A stretch of 33,853 bases of DNA from a virus (lineage: Duplodnaviria; Caudoviricetes), in IMG/VR virus record IMGVR_UViG_3300006105_000061, positions 1-33,853 of that record, one strand, 5' to 3'. The notes below the pieces were generated by a model. The model was given only the letters and a program-made list of their open reading frames with translations, was not told the origin of the DNA and ran no database searches. Made by a program: the position numbers and the translations under genes. Below, one piece after another: positions 17,721 to 27,191 of this stretch (the stretch's first letter is position 1; the number at the start of each line of letters is the position of its first letter).

Positions 17721-19120
17721 CGACCAACTACAACCTCAATAACACCCACGCCATCACCAAAGTTTTCTAAGGCTTTACCGATTACACTACCCATGATTGG
17801 ATTATTTTCACCACGTGCGGTTCCATCACCATTAGATACCATCATCTGACCCTTACGAACAGGTCCAGTAACCTTGGTTGGCACACGACCGACAAGTGCG
17901 ATATACAACCCATCAGCATCGCTGTTCATCATGTATGCTGGATTAGTACTCACAACACCAGCAACAGCAGGACTTTCGTCAATATTGCTTAGAGTAACTT
18001 CCGCATCACCACCAAAATCAACAACTGTGCCAGGTTCATAGTTTGCATCACTGCTATAACGTTCGGCCAAGTCGGCGTACTTTGCAGTGGTTGACGTTCC
18101 AAGGAAGTTTACTGCATACACGTTATTCCAATATCCAGAACCTGTGCTACCTAAATTAGAAACTGCGTTACCTGTTGGAACAAAGTTTACACCACCACTT
18201 GCGCCTACGTTGATAGTAGTTGCGGCACCGCCAAAATTAATTGTAGTGGCTGTTGCATTGACTAGTGGAAATGTAGTTTGGTTTGTCGTGATGCCGCCAC
18301 TAGCGTTTACTGCAAGTGTACCTGTTGTTGTAATAGCACCACTATTTAAACTTGTAAGAGTGCCAACGGCAGTGATATTAGTTTGAGAAGCACTACTACT
18401 ATTAAGTGTTCCATAAAGTACAGCACCGCTATTACCGATTGTTCCTGCTTGTATAGTAGGTGCACTTAGTGTATCAGTTGTGTTGATAATTGTTGTGTTA
18501 ATAAATGTAGTATTACCACCGACGTATAATTTTCCACCAACATACATATCTTGTGCAACACCAATACCACCAGCAGTTACTATAGAACCAGTTGTTGCAC
18601 TTGTACTATTAGTTGAAGAGGTAACGTTAATATTACCACCACTTGTAATAACACCAGAAGTAGCAAGACTACTAAGTGTACCAACAGAAGTAATATTAGT
18701 TTGTGCTGCAGTTGATAGTGTACCAGTTAAGGTTGTACCAGTGTTGCCGATTGTACCAGCATATACCGCAACACCACTAAATGTGTTGGCATTAACAGCA
18801 CCAGTTACTGTAAGTGATCCTAGCGTACCAATAGAGGTAATATTAGTTTGTGCTGCAGTTGACAGGGTTCCTGTTAAAGTTGAACCTGTATTACCGATAG
18901 TGCCTGCATATAATGAAGAAGCATTAAAAAGATTTGCGTAAATTGCTCCACTAACCCCAACACCACCACTTATTACAAGTGCGCCAGTAGCCGAAGATGT
19001 AGAGGCTGTGTTATTACTAGTTACAAATGTTGCAGTAGTGCTTATATTACCACTAGTTGCATCTATACTCGTTGGTCCTACGGTGAGACCGTTATGTACC
19101 GTAAAATTTGTATTTGCCAT
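17714..19120 (-). CDS. Tail fibre/spike protein with C-terminal Peptidase G2-like chaperone (paralogue of 11179..12516)
   Basis: Same repeats; YADLAERY...GVVSTNPAYMMN...ALVGRVP; GGGAG RBS-like sequence upstream. Confidence 0.7.
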   Translation of the reverse strand: MANTNFTVHNGLTVGPTSIDATSGNISTTATFVTSNNTASTSSATGALVISGGVGVSGAIYANLFNASSLYAGTIGNTGSTLTGTLSTAAQTNITSIGTLGSLTVTGAVNANTFSGVAVYAGTIGNTGTTLTGTLSTAAQTNITSVGTLSSLATSGVITSGGNINVTSSTNSTSATTGSIVTAGGIGVAQDMYVGGKLYVGGNTTFINTTIINTTDTLSAPTIQAGTIGNSGAVLYGTLNSSSASQTNITAVGTLTSLNSGAITTTGTLAVNASGGITTNQTTFPLVNATATTINFGGAATTINVGASGGVNFVPTGNAVSNLGSTGSGYWNNVYAVNFLGTSTTAKYADLAERYSSDANYEPGTVVDFGGDAEVTLSNIDESPAVAGVVSTNPAYMMNSDADGLYIALVGRVPTKVTGPVRKGQMMVSNGDGTARGENNPIMGSVIGKALENFGDGVGVIEVVVGRL

Positions 19121-19144
19121 AGTTCCATATCTCCCTGCTGGCTA

Positions 19145-22100
19145 TTATACTGGCATATAAGTTTGGAATACTGTAGCAGTTGCCGTGCTGCTCCAAGTAT
19201 TTGCGGTCACAAGTACGTTGCCGCCGCTAATTGATGAACTAAATGTAGCAAGTGCGTTTGCACCAGTGTTTACTACACCGTAAACTTGACTTGTTGCCGT
19301 AGTTCCGTTATGTGCTACAATAAGTTCTGCTCCACTATATACACCGTTTGTGCTATCACTTACCTTGATCACATACTTTGCAACACGATAAGTTGATGTT
19401 GGGAACGTATCAATGGTAGTTGGTGTATTTTGTGTGAGCGTTGTTGGGTTAACTGCTGCTGCAAGACCACCAGTGATATAAACACTGCTGTTTGCTTGAA
19501 CTGCAGCACTACCACCAGTACTTCCACTAATACCAGTTACTGTTGTCGTAGCAGCAACCACACGAGCATCAATAATATCAGTTGATATTGGTGCTTCTGT
19601 AAATGTCAGTACGTTGCCACTTACACTGTATGCAGTAGTTGGAATTTGTAGAACACCGTTAACACTTACGAACGTACCGTTTGTTGTGCTGTTTTGTGCT
19701 AATGTAAATGTAGTTGTGCTTCCATCACCTGTAAATGAACTTTCAGTAATGGTAGTATAAGCACCTTGCGCTCCAACCCAAGTAGAGGTAGTGGCATTAA
19801 AATATTCAAACTGAGCATTAGTGGTATTATAACGAATCATACCAGCAGCACCAGTAGGACGCTGTGCAGTTGTACCAACTGGAATCTGAATACTATCTGT
19901 GCTGTTAATCTCTAGACTTGCACCACTAGTAATTGCATTTGGAGCAACCTTAATACCAACCTGACCAGTTGCACCACTGGTAACTAGTAAGTTCTGATAA
20001 CCAGCAGCACTGTTGCCATGTACTACAAGATTTGCAGCAACCTGTGCAGCATTAACTGTTAGGTTAGCATTGCGTGGCACATAAACATTTAGATTTCCAA
20101 CACCATCATAAGTGCTAATGTTTTGTGTATAAACGCCTGCTGTTACACTGTTTGTGATAACACTATTGCATGTGTTTATGTTACCGTTGACACTGAGATC
20201 ATTCAAGAAACCAACACTTTGTAGGCTTGAAGCAGTTACACCACTTGCAAGAGTTGTACCAGTTAAGTTATTAGCATCTACAGTGACAGTGATATCACTT
20301 GTACCATTGAATGGGACACCGTTAATGTTTCTTGATGTTTGCAATGCTGTTGCAGTGCCTGCATTTCCACTTACACTACCAGTAATTGTATTAGTAACTG
20401 TTAGGTTAGTAAGAGTTCCAATCGCAGTAATATATGGTTGAGCATTAGTAGTTAGTGTACCAGTTAGAAGTGTACCGCTGTTACCAACACGAACTGCAGT
20501 GATATAGTTTGCTGCAATATTACCGTTGTAAACTGTAAGATAAGCACCAGCATTTGTGTTACTGTAAGAAGCAGCGGCAATAGTGGCAGCAATACTTGTT
20601 CCATTTGAATAGAAGAAGTTGGTTGCCACGGCACCAGTATTTGCTACTATATAAGCAGCATATACGTTTGCAGTTTGTGCAGTAATGTTACCACTTGTTG
20701 TTAGTGATGTAAGCGTTCCAACACTTGTAATATTTGGTTGGCTTGGGGTGGCACTAGCGATAGTACCTTCAAGGATTGTGCTTGTATTACCAACTTGGAA
20801 GGCACTGATTGCATTAACACTTGCATTGCCTGTTAGGTTAATACTTGCGCCGTTGAATACCGCACCGCTATTTCCAATTGTACCCGCATTGATTGATGAT
20901 GCAGCAGCAGTACCACTTACTGTAAGTGATGTTAGTGTTCCAAGAGAAGTAATATTTGGTTGACTTGGAGTAGCACTACCAATTGTACCTTCAAGAATTG
21001 TACTTGTATTACCAACTTGGAAAGCACTAATTGCATTAATACTTGCATTACCTGTTAGATTAATACTTGCACCATTGAATGTTGCGCCGCTGTTTCCAAT
21101 CGTTGCAGCATTTAGAGTTGCAGCATAAAGTGTTCCATTAACGTTAGCAGTAGTGAATACACCACTGTTTGCTACGTTAGCACCAATTGCACCAGTTAGG
21201 TATGCAGTTACTTGACCACCACTATTAGTTGTTAAACTGCTTGGGCTTAATGTTCCAGTATAAGTTGGCAGGTATGTAGCGACATTACTGTTACCATATA
21301 GACCAGTAATAGTACTTGCAAGAGTTACACCATTTGTCCAATAATATTGACCACCGTAAAGTGCTGTGTTACCAATTACGTTAGCAGCATAAACGTTGGC
21401 AGTTTGTGCAGTAATATTACCACTTGCGGTGACACTCGTAAATGCACCAGTATTTGCAGTGTTAGCACCAATTGCACCCGTTAGGTAACCAACTAATTGA
21501 CCGCCGCCGGTTGCATAGAAGTTATCCGCAGCCGCATCGTTATTGATAGTAGTTCTACCAGTATTTGCACCAATGCTAATGGTTGTTGCTGCGCCACCAA
21601 AATTAATGGTGGTTGAACTTAAATTGAATAAGGTAACGGTTGCTTGGTCAGTTGTAAGAGTAGCATTACTATTGAAAGCAACGCCACCAGTTGTCGTAAG
21701 AGTTGTAAATGCACCACTATTGGCACTGTTAGCACCAATAGCACCAGTATGATAACCTGTAACCTGACCAACGCTGGTTACACTAGTGAATACACCACTT
21801 GATGCTACACCATTACCAATTGGAGTGCCTTGAATTGCAGAGGCATAAATGTTACCACCAACACCCATACCACCATAAATTACAGCAGCACCAGTTGTTG
21901 TAGAAGTAGAAGTATTGCCACTATAAGCAATGATATTACCAAGTTTTACAGTATCATATACTGTATTTGCGTTACCAAGATCAACAGTTGAATCTGGTTC
22001 TGTGCGAACGTTACTAAAGAAATACCAAGAATTATCAAGATGGTTTCTTACGACACCTGTATGGTTATATCCTTCAACTGCATCATATTTGTGACTATAA

Positions 22101-25021
22101 AAACCAAGTTCATAGTTATAAGTTGAAATACTACCTACTGATAGGTAAAGTAACGGAGCATTAGCAACTAATTGGCTATATCCAACAGATGTAAGGTTGC
22201 CTTTTATTTGCAAGTTACCGTTGATATAAGAATCACCGCCAGCATAGAAACCGCCACCAATTTGTAACGCACCTTGACCGCTGCCATAAGAGTTTGCGCC
22301 ATTCGTGATACTTACCGTAGTAAATGCAGCACTATTTGCAGCATTTGCACCAATTGTTCCATTTAGATAACCAGTGATGTTGTTTAGCGCAGTAATATTG
22401 CCTGCTAGTAAGTTACCAGTGTAAGTTGTTAAGTATGCGGCAGCATTTGTATTGCTATAAGCACTATTAATTACCGCATTAAGAATGTTCACACCGTTTG
22501 CATAATAGTAAACAGGGCTATAACTCGCAGTGTTTGCAACAAAGTTAGCACCATATACGTTTGCAGTTTGTGCTGTAATATTACCACTTGCCGTAACCGT
22601 TGTAAACACACCACTATTTGCAGTGTTTGCACCAATTGCACCATTAAAGTAACCAACAACCTGACCACCGCCAGTAATAGTTCCTTGTGCAGTCAGTGCG
22701 CCAGTTGCAGTAACAGTTGTAAATGCACCCGTATTTGCACTATTTGCACCAATTGCACCTGTTAGGTAACCGCTTACTTGACCACCACTATTTGTTGTTA
22801 AACTACTTGGTGATAGTGTTCCAGTGTAAGTTGGAAGATATGAGTTAACATTGCTATTGCTGTATGTACCAGTAATTGTTGATGCAAATGAAACACCGTT
22901 TGCCCAATATGCGCCAGTTGCAGTAATGTTACCATATATAGCACCGTTAGCATATACAAATGTTCCACCAGGACCACTCAAACTTCCGTTATTGTTAAAT
23001 GTATATTGATATGAAGCAGGTTTAATACTAATTTGATATGGTCCAACGATTGCCAAATCAAGTGAGTTATCTTCAACTATTGACGCTCCACCAACTGTAA
23101 ATTGAATCTTTGGTGTTGCAAGTTGTGTGATAGCATTAAAGTTGTTAGCATAAACGTTTGCATAATAATTTGTGCTATTACCAAGATAATAGGATGTGTT
23201 AGCCAGAGGTATTAGATTACCTGTAGCAAGATTGCCAATGTTTCCGTTATAGGTTGGCAGATAAGAAGCAGCATTTGCGTTGCTATATGCACTTGCAGTA
23301 ATAGCATTAAGAATATTAACGCCATTTGAATAATAATAAATTGGACTGTAACTGGCAGTTCCCACGTTAAGGTTACCACTTACACCAGCACCACCACGAA
23401 CTTGAAGTGCACCAGTTGATGTAGATGTAGAATTTGTTGTGCTACTGATTACAAAACTATTTGTATTTGCTCTCATACGAGCAAATTCATTTGCGGTAGC
23501 ACTACCAGCAAGAGAAAATACAATATCATTTAATGTATACGTAGAAATTACAAGATTACCACCACCAGTGGTTGTATTGCCCGTAATATATAGATAACCA
23601 TCATTTGGACCAGTGAGGTTATATGCTGCTTGGTTATAGCCGCTGCTATTGATACCCATATCAATAAAAGTATCATTATCACTGCCATTATTAGCAACTG
23701 CAACAATATCAGTTGTTGCTTGATTGCCGCTGTTTTGATTTTGAACAACAAGTTGCACATAGTTATTTTGATTGTCACCATGTTGAAATTTTGCATACTG
23801 CGGAGTATAATTAAATGCAGTTCCAAGATATGTTGAACCTGCAATATAAATGTTACCACTTGCACCAATACCACCTTGAACAACTAACGCACCGCTTGTG
23901 GTTGATGTAGAACTTGTTCCGCTTGCAGCAACAATATTACCGCCAGCATATAGGTTACTTGTAGTAACTACAGTTGTAAAGTTGCCACTATTAGCAGTAT
24001 TTGCACCAATTGCACCAGTAATATAACCAGTAACTTGTCCACCACCACTTGTAGTAAAACTTGCTGCCTGACTTGCGCCAGTTAGTGTGCTTGTTGCGCC
24101 ACTAAACACAGCACCACTATTACCAATTGTCGCAGCATTTACAGTCGCAGCATAAAGTGTGCCGTTAACATTTGCAGTTGTAAATGTACCACTAGCAGGT
24201 CCAGTATTACCAATTATGGTATTATTAATACTTGCAGTTTGGATACCAAGTTGTAAATTAGTATTTGGATCAGTTACTTGAAGATAACCGCCACCATCGC
24301 TTACTGCAATAGCACCAAGATAAATTGTTGTGCCTTTAATCCATAGATTTGCAAAACGATTGGTAGATGAACCCAATGAATAAGTGTTAGAAACACTTGG
24401 AATAATATTACCAGTTACTAGGATATTGCCCTGAATAGTAGCATTACCTGTGGTAGAAAGAGTTGTGAACGCACCGCTATTAGCAGTATTTGCGCCAATA
24501 GCACCAGTATGATAACCAATAAACTGACCACCACTAGTTGCAGTAAAACTTGGTGCCTGTAATGAAGAAGTTACAGTAAGTGTTCCAATAGAAGCATTGT
24601 TTAGTAAGATGCCATATGCTTGTAGGTTAGCATAACCACTGTTATTAATTGTGCCGTAGGTTGTACTTGCAGTACTTTCTGATGTATACTGAAGTTGGAA
24701 CTGTTTATTAGTTTCTTCCCAAATCATAGCAACGTTGGTTTGGTTACCACGACCCATGATGAAACCAAGGTCATATGTAGGAGTTCCGCTTTGGTTTCTA
24801 TTAATGGCAAGTAGTGGATCAGCAACTACAAGGTTAGTGGTATCAAGTGTGGTAGTATTACCGTTAACCGTAAGGTTACCGATGGTCATATTACCTGTAT
24901 ATGTAAAGTTATCGCTTAGCAAACCACCTGTTACACTCTTAGCGACCAATTTTGCTGATGCATAAATGTCACTATTGTATACTTGGTTATTACGAATTCT
25001 TGTTAAATTACCACCGCTCAT
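19145..25021 (-). CDS. Very long fibre/structural protein, 1958 aa
   Basis: Repeated GGQ..GY.TGAIGAN.AN.G.FTT and YSN.N...YLPTY.G modules; C-terminus paralogous to 30258..32009. Confidence 0.8.
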   Translation of the reverse strand: MSGGNLTRIRNNQVYNSDIYASAKLVAKSVTGGLLSDNFTYTGNMTIGNLTVNGNTTTLDTTNLVVADPLLAINRNQSGTPTYDLGFIMGRGNQTNVAMIWEETNKQFQLQYTSESTASTTYGTINNSGYANLQAYGILLNNASIGTLTVTSSLQAPSFTATSGGQFIGYHTGAIGANTANSGAFTTLSTTGNATIQGNILVTGNIIPSVSNTYSLGSSTNRFANLWIKGTTIYLGAIAVSDGGGYLQVTDPNTNLQLGIQTASINNTIIGNTGPASGTFTTANVNGTLYAATVNAATIGNSGAVFSGATSTLTGASQAASFTTSGGGQVTGYITGAIGANTANSGNFTTVVTTSNLYAGGNIVAASGTSSTSTTSGALVVQGGIGASGNIYIAGSTYLGTAFNYTPQYAKFQHGDNQNNYVQLVVQNQNSGNQATTDIVAVANNGSDNDTFIDMGINSSGYNQAAYNLTGPNDGYLYITGNTTTGGGNLVISTYTLNDIVFSLAGSATANEFARMRANTNSFVISSTTNSTSTSTGALQVRGGAGVSGNLNVGTASYSPIYYYSNGVNILNAITASAYSNANAASYLPTYNGNIGNLATGNLIPLANTSYYLGNSTNYYANVYANNFNAITQLATPKIQFTVGGASIVEDNSLDLAIVGPYQISIKPASYQYTFNNNGSLSGPGGTFVYANGAIYGNITATGAYWANGVSFASTITGTYSNSNVNSYLPTYTGTLSPSSLTTNSGGQVSGYLTGAIGANSANTGAFTTVTATGALTAQGTITGGGQVVGYFNGAIGANTANSGVFTTVTASGNITAQTANVYGANFVANTASYSPVYYYANGVNILNAVINSAYSNTNAAAYLTTYTGNLLAGNITALNNITGYLNGTIGANAANSAAFTTVSITNGANSYGSGQGALQIGGGFYAGGDSYINGNLQIKGNLTSVGYSQLVANAPLLYLSVGSISTYNYELGFYSHKYDAVEGYNHTGVVRNHLDNSWYFFSNVRTEPDSTVDLGNANTVYDTVKLGNIIAYSGNTSTSTTTGAAVIYGGMGVGGNIYASAIQGTPIGNGVASSGVFTSVTSVGQVTGYHTGAIGANSANSGAFTTLTTTGGVAFNSNATLTTDQATVTLFNLSSTTINFGGAATTISIGANTGRTTINNDAAADNFYATGGGQLVGYLTGAIGANTANTGAFTSVTASGNITAQTANVYAANVIGNTALYGGQYYWTNGVTLASTITGLYGNSNVATYLPTYTGTLSPSSLTTNSGGQVTAYLTGAIGANVANSGVFTTANVNGTLYAATLNAATIGNSGATFNGASINLTGNASINAISAFQVGNTSTILEGTIGSATPSQPNITSLGTLTSLTVSGTAAASSINAGTIGNSGAVFNGASINLTGNASVNAISAFQVGNTSTILEGTIASATPSQPNITSVGTLTSLTTSGNITAQTANVYAAYIVANTGAVATNFFYSNGTSIAATIAAASYSNTNAGAYLTVYNGNIAANYITAVRVGNSGTLLTGTLTTNAQPYITAIGTLTNLTVTNTITGSVSGNAGTATALQTSRNINGVPFNGTSDITVTVDANNLTGTTLASGVTASSLQSVGFLNDLSVNGNINTCNSVITNSVTAGVYTQNISTYDGVGNLNVYVPRNANLTVNAAQVAANLVVHGNSAAGYQNLLVTSGATGQVGIKVAPNAITSGASLEINSTDSIQIPVGTTAQRPTGAAGMIRYNTTNAQFEYFNATTSTWVGAQGAYTTITESSFTGDGSTTTFTLAQNSTTNGTFVSVNGVLQIPTTAYSVSGNVLTFTEAPISTDIIDARVVAATTTVTGISGSTGGSAAVQANSSVYITGGLAAAVNPTTLTQNTPTTIDTFPTSTYRVAKYVIKVSDSTNGVYSGAELIVAHNGTTATSQVYGVVNTGANALATFSSSISGGNVLVTANTWSSTATATVFQTYMPV
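20727..21100. repeat. 222-bp (74-aa) internal duplication
   Basis: gtaatatttggttg at 20727 and 20949; protein nearly identical, DNA differs mostly at third positions. Confidence 0.8.
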
Positions 25022-25025
25022 GCTG

Positions 25026-25066
25026 AAAATACTCCCACGAAGTATTTAGGTGGCGTTGGTTATTTT
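25026..25066 (-). promoter_or_regulatory. Late promoter core in hairpin loop upstream of 19145..25021
   Basis: Minus strand CCAC-CTAAATACTTC-GTGG followed by GAG (GGGAG RBS); TAAATA at 25043-25048. Confidence 0.55.
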
Positions 25067-25067
25067 A

Positions 25068-25619
25068 TTAACCTATGGTATTAATATCTTGATTTGCAGC
25101 AACTGCAGAAAATACCATAACTGAACCACTTGAAAGTGGTGTTATAATGTCCGCATTGTTGGCGCAAACTAATACACCACCAGCATTTAATTGTCCACCA
25201 CTATAAAGATTACAATCAACAGTTGGTATATAACATTTTCCTGTCGCAGTTCCATATACTTGACCCGCAACTAAACCATGAACTTCATGGATAACTTGAT
25301 AATTTGGGTCAGTTGGTATCACGCAAACATATGAACTATTATCCTCTAACGCAGTAATAGTGAATGTATCAGTTGCGATGTTTCCTGTGAATGGCCAAAC
25401 CGTTCCAGTTTCACCTACTTGTGCTGATATATCTGTATCAGGAAAATTACTTATAAATTTACCATTTGTTACATAATGTCTACGAGCATAGGTGTCTGGA
25501 TTTAACCCAACTTTATTAAGTTTTCTAGTAATATAATCACCAGCACTTGTATAAACAGTTGTGTTTACTCTAAACTTTAAATCTGCAAAAGAATGTGGTT
25601 CGCCTATTTGTACAGTCAT
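25068..25619 (-). CDS. Hypothetical protein, 183 aa (beta-rich)
   Basis: 4-nt overlap with the upstream gene; no family recognised. Confidence 0.6.
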   Translation of the reverse strand: MTVQIGEPHSFADLKFRVNTTVYTSAGDYITRKLNKVGLNPDTYARRHYVTNGKFISNFPDTDISAQVGETGTVWPFTGNIATDTFTITALEDNSSYVCVIPTDPNYQVIHEVHGLVAGQVYGTATGKCYIPTVDCNLYSGGQLNAGGVLVCANNADIITPLSSGSVMVFSAVAANQDINTIG

Positions 25620-25963
25620 TTTACCACAATATCAGTTAAACTATTTGGCATTGGAACTTCAGTTGGAGTAATATTGGCAATAGCAAATTCTCGTGTAGTT
25701 CCAACCATATCTTGGAAATCAATAACCTTACCAGTATTTGCCGCATGTGTTTCTTGTGCATCTTGGTTGAGTGCAGTTGATAGACCCATTTTTGCAATTT
25801 CAACTATAATTTCATCTGCAGTTTTATCAAGAAATTGATGAGGTTGAAAACTATAAACTGGATATTCATCAACCGTGTTTTTACTATCATCTGTTGCAAA
25901 TGATACAAGTAAATTATGATTATCGTCATATCCAACAATTTTAAGATGAAGTTTCTCTGCCAT
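25616..25963 (-). CDS. Hypothetical acidic protein, 115 aa, possible fibre assembly/adaptor
   Basis: AAGG RBS; TAAATA at 25980-25985; follows the adhesin genes; function from context only. Confidence 0.6.
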   Translation of the reverse strand: MAEKLHLKIVGYDDNHNLLVSFATDDSKNTVDEYPVYSFQPHQFLDKTADEIIVEIAKMGLSTALNQDAQETHAANTGKVIDFQDMVGTTREFAIANITPTEVPMPNSLTDIVVK

Positions 25964-25982
25964 GTGTTAACCTTTTAAATAT

Positions 25983-26837
25983 TTATGTCCATGTGAACTT
26001 GATTCTACCGCTTGCACCGTTTCCACCAGCCTGATCTTGGGGTGCACCAGTACCGGCTGCCCCAACTGTATAATTTACAACCGTACCAGAAGATATAGCG
26101 CCATAACTGCTATAGTATATATTAGCATAGGCTCCACTGCCACCACCACCGCCACCTGCTTGATTTGGATTTTTAGATTGATGGTCACTATATCCACCAC
26201 CTCCACCACCCGCACCAGGTGCGCCACCAGTTCCACCCACACTATTACTACCCGCAGAACCACCAGTTCCACCATTTGGTGCACTTCCGCCAGCGCCGCC
26301 TGCGTTTCCACCTGCGTTTCCACCGCCGCCTGCATTTCCTGTTGTTTTGGTTAGTACGGATGCGTTTGCAACTGTACCGCTTGCAGTACCACCTGCACCT
26401 CCACCGCCACTTTGAGTACCATTACGATTTCCACCAGTTCCACCAGTGCCGCCATTTACAGTGACTCCAAGAACTGATGAAGAGGTTCCACTGCTTCCAT
26501 TAAACGTGCCATCATGGTTACCACTACCACCACCGCCACCACCTCCCCATATTTCAATCTGTAGTGTATTGCGATAAAGTGGTATGGTAAAGGTACCACT
26601 ACCAACAGTATCAACAGTAGTTGTTCCAGTAGTTGCAGGATCAGTTGGTTGTTTACCATAAAAGTTAGCAACGTCTAAGCGTGCTGTTGCACCACTTGGA
26701 AAGGTTCCTGTGGTAAGATTTCCACTATAATACCAAGTTACACCACGATATACACCAAGATTATCACCAAGTGCAAAACCAGTATTGATTTCACTTATTG
26801 CTAATGAATTACCCCATGGTTTAATTGGACCTGTCAT
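25983..26837 (-). CDS. Intact poly-glycine adhesin (gp38-like architecture)
   Basis: N-terminal ISEIN...FYGK attachment-type domain, IEIWGGGGGGG, Gly runs, ends GRIKFTWT. Confidence 0.7.
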   Translation of the reverse strand: MTGPIKPWGNSLAISEINTGFALGDNLGVYRGVTWYYSGNLTTGTFPSGATARLDVANFYGKQPTDPATTGTTTVDTVGSGTFTIPLYRNTLQIEIWGGGGGGGSGNHDGTFNGSSGTSSSVLGVTVNGGTGGTGGNRNGTQSGGGGAGGTASGTVANASVLTKTTGNAGGGGNAGGNAGGAGGSAPNGGTGGSAGSNSVGGTGGAPGAGGGGGGYSDHQSKNPNQAGGGGGGSGAYANIYYSSYGAISSGTVVNYTVGAAGTGAPQDQAGGNGASGRIKFTWT

Positions 26838-26843
26838 AGTTCA

Positions 26844-27188
26844 TTAACTCCAAGTAATCTTTATTCCACCACTAGTGCCGTTGCTTGTACCAGCCGCACC
26901 AATTATATAGGCAATTACGTTGCCTTGTGGTATTTGACCAGGTCCGTATGTAATTTTAACATAACCGCCAGCACCACCCGATCCGCCTGTTGCACTGCCA
27001 TAGGAATTACTTGCACTGCTTCCGCCACCACCTATACCAACATTAGCATTATTTGCACTGGTATTTTGTGCAGTAGAACCGTTCGTACCACTATTTCCAT
27101 TTAAAAATACAAATACGGTTGGATTTGCAATGCTTGGATTGGCATTTGCACCAATTGTTCCACCACTTCCACCGTTACCGTTTGACAT
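26844..27188 (-). CDS. C-terminal half of a split poly-Gly adhesin
   Basis: Aligns by eye with the C-half of 25983..26837 (GGGSGAYANI/GGAGGYVKI; YTVGAAGT/YIIGAAGT; GRIKFTWT/GGIKITWS); AAGGA RBS. Confidence 0.75.
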   Translation of the reverse strand: MSNGNGGSGGTIGANANPSIANPTVFVFLNGNSGTNGSTAQNTSANNANVGIGGGGSSASNSYGSATGGSGGAGGYVKITYGPGQIPQGNVIAYIIGAAGTSNGTSGGIKITWS

Positions 27189-27191
27189 AAT

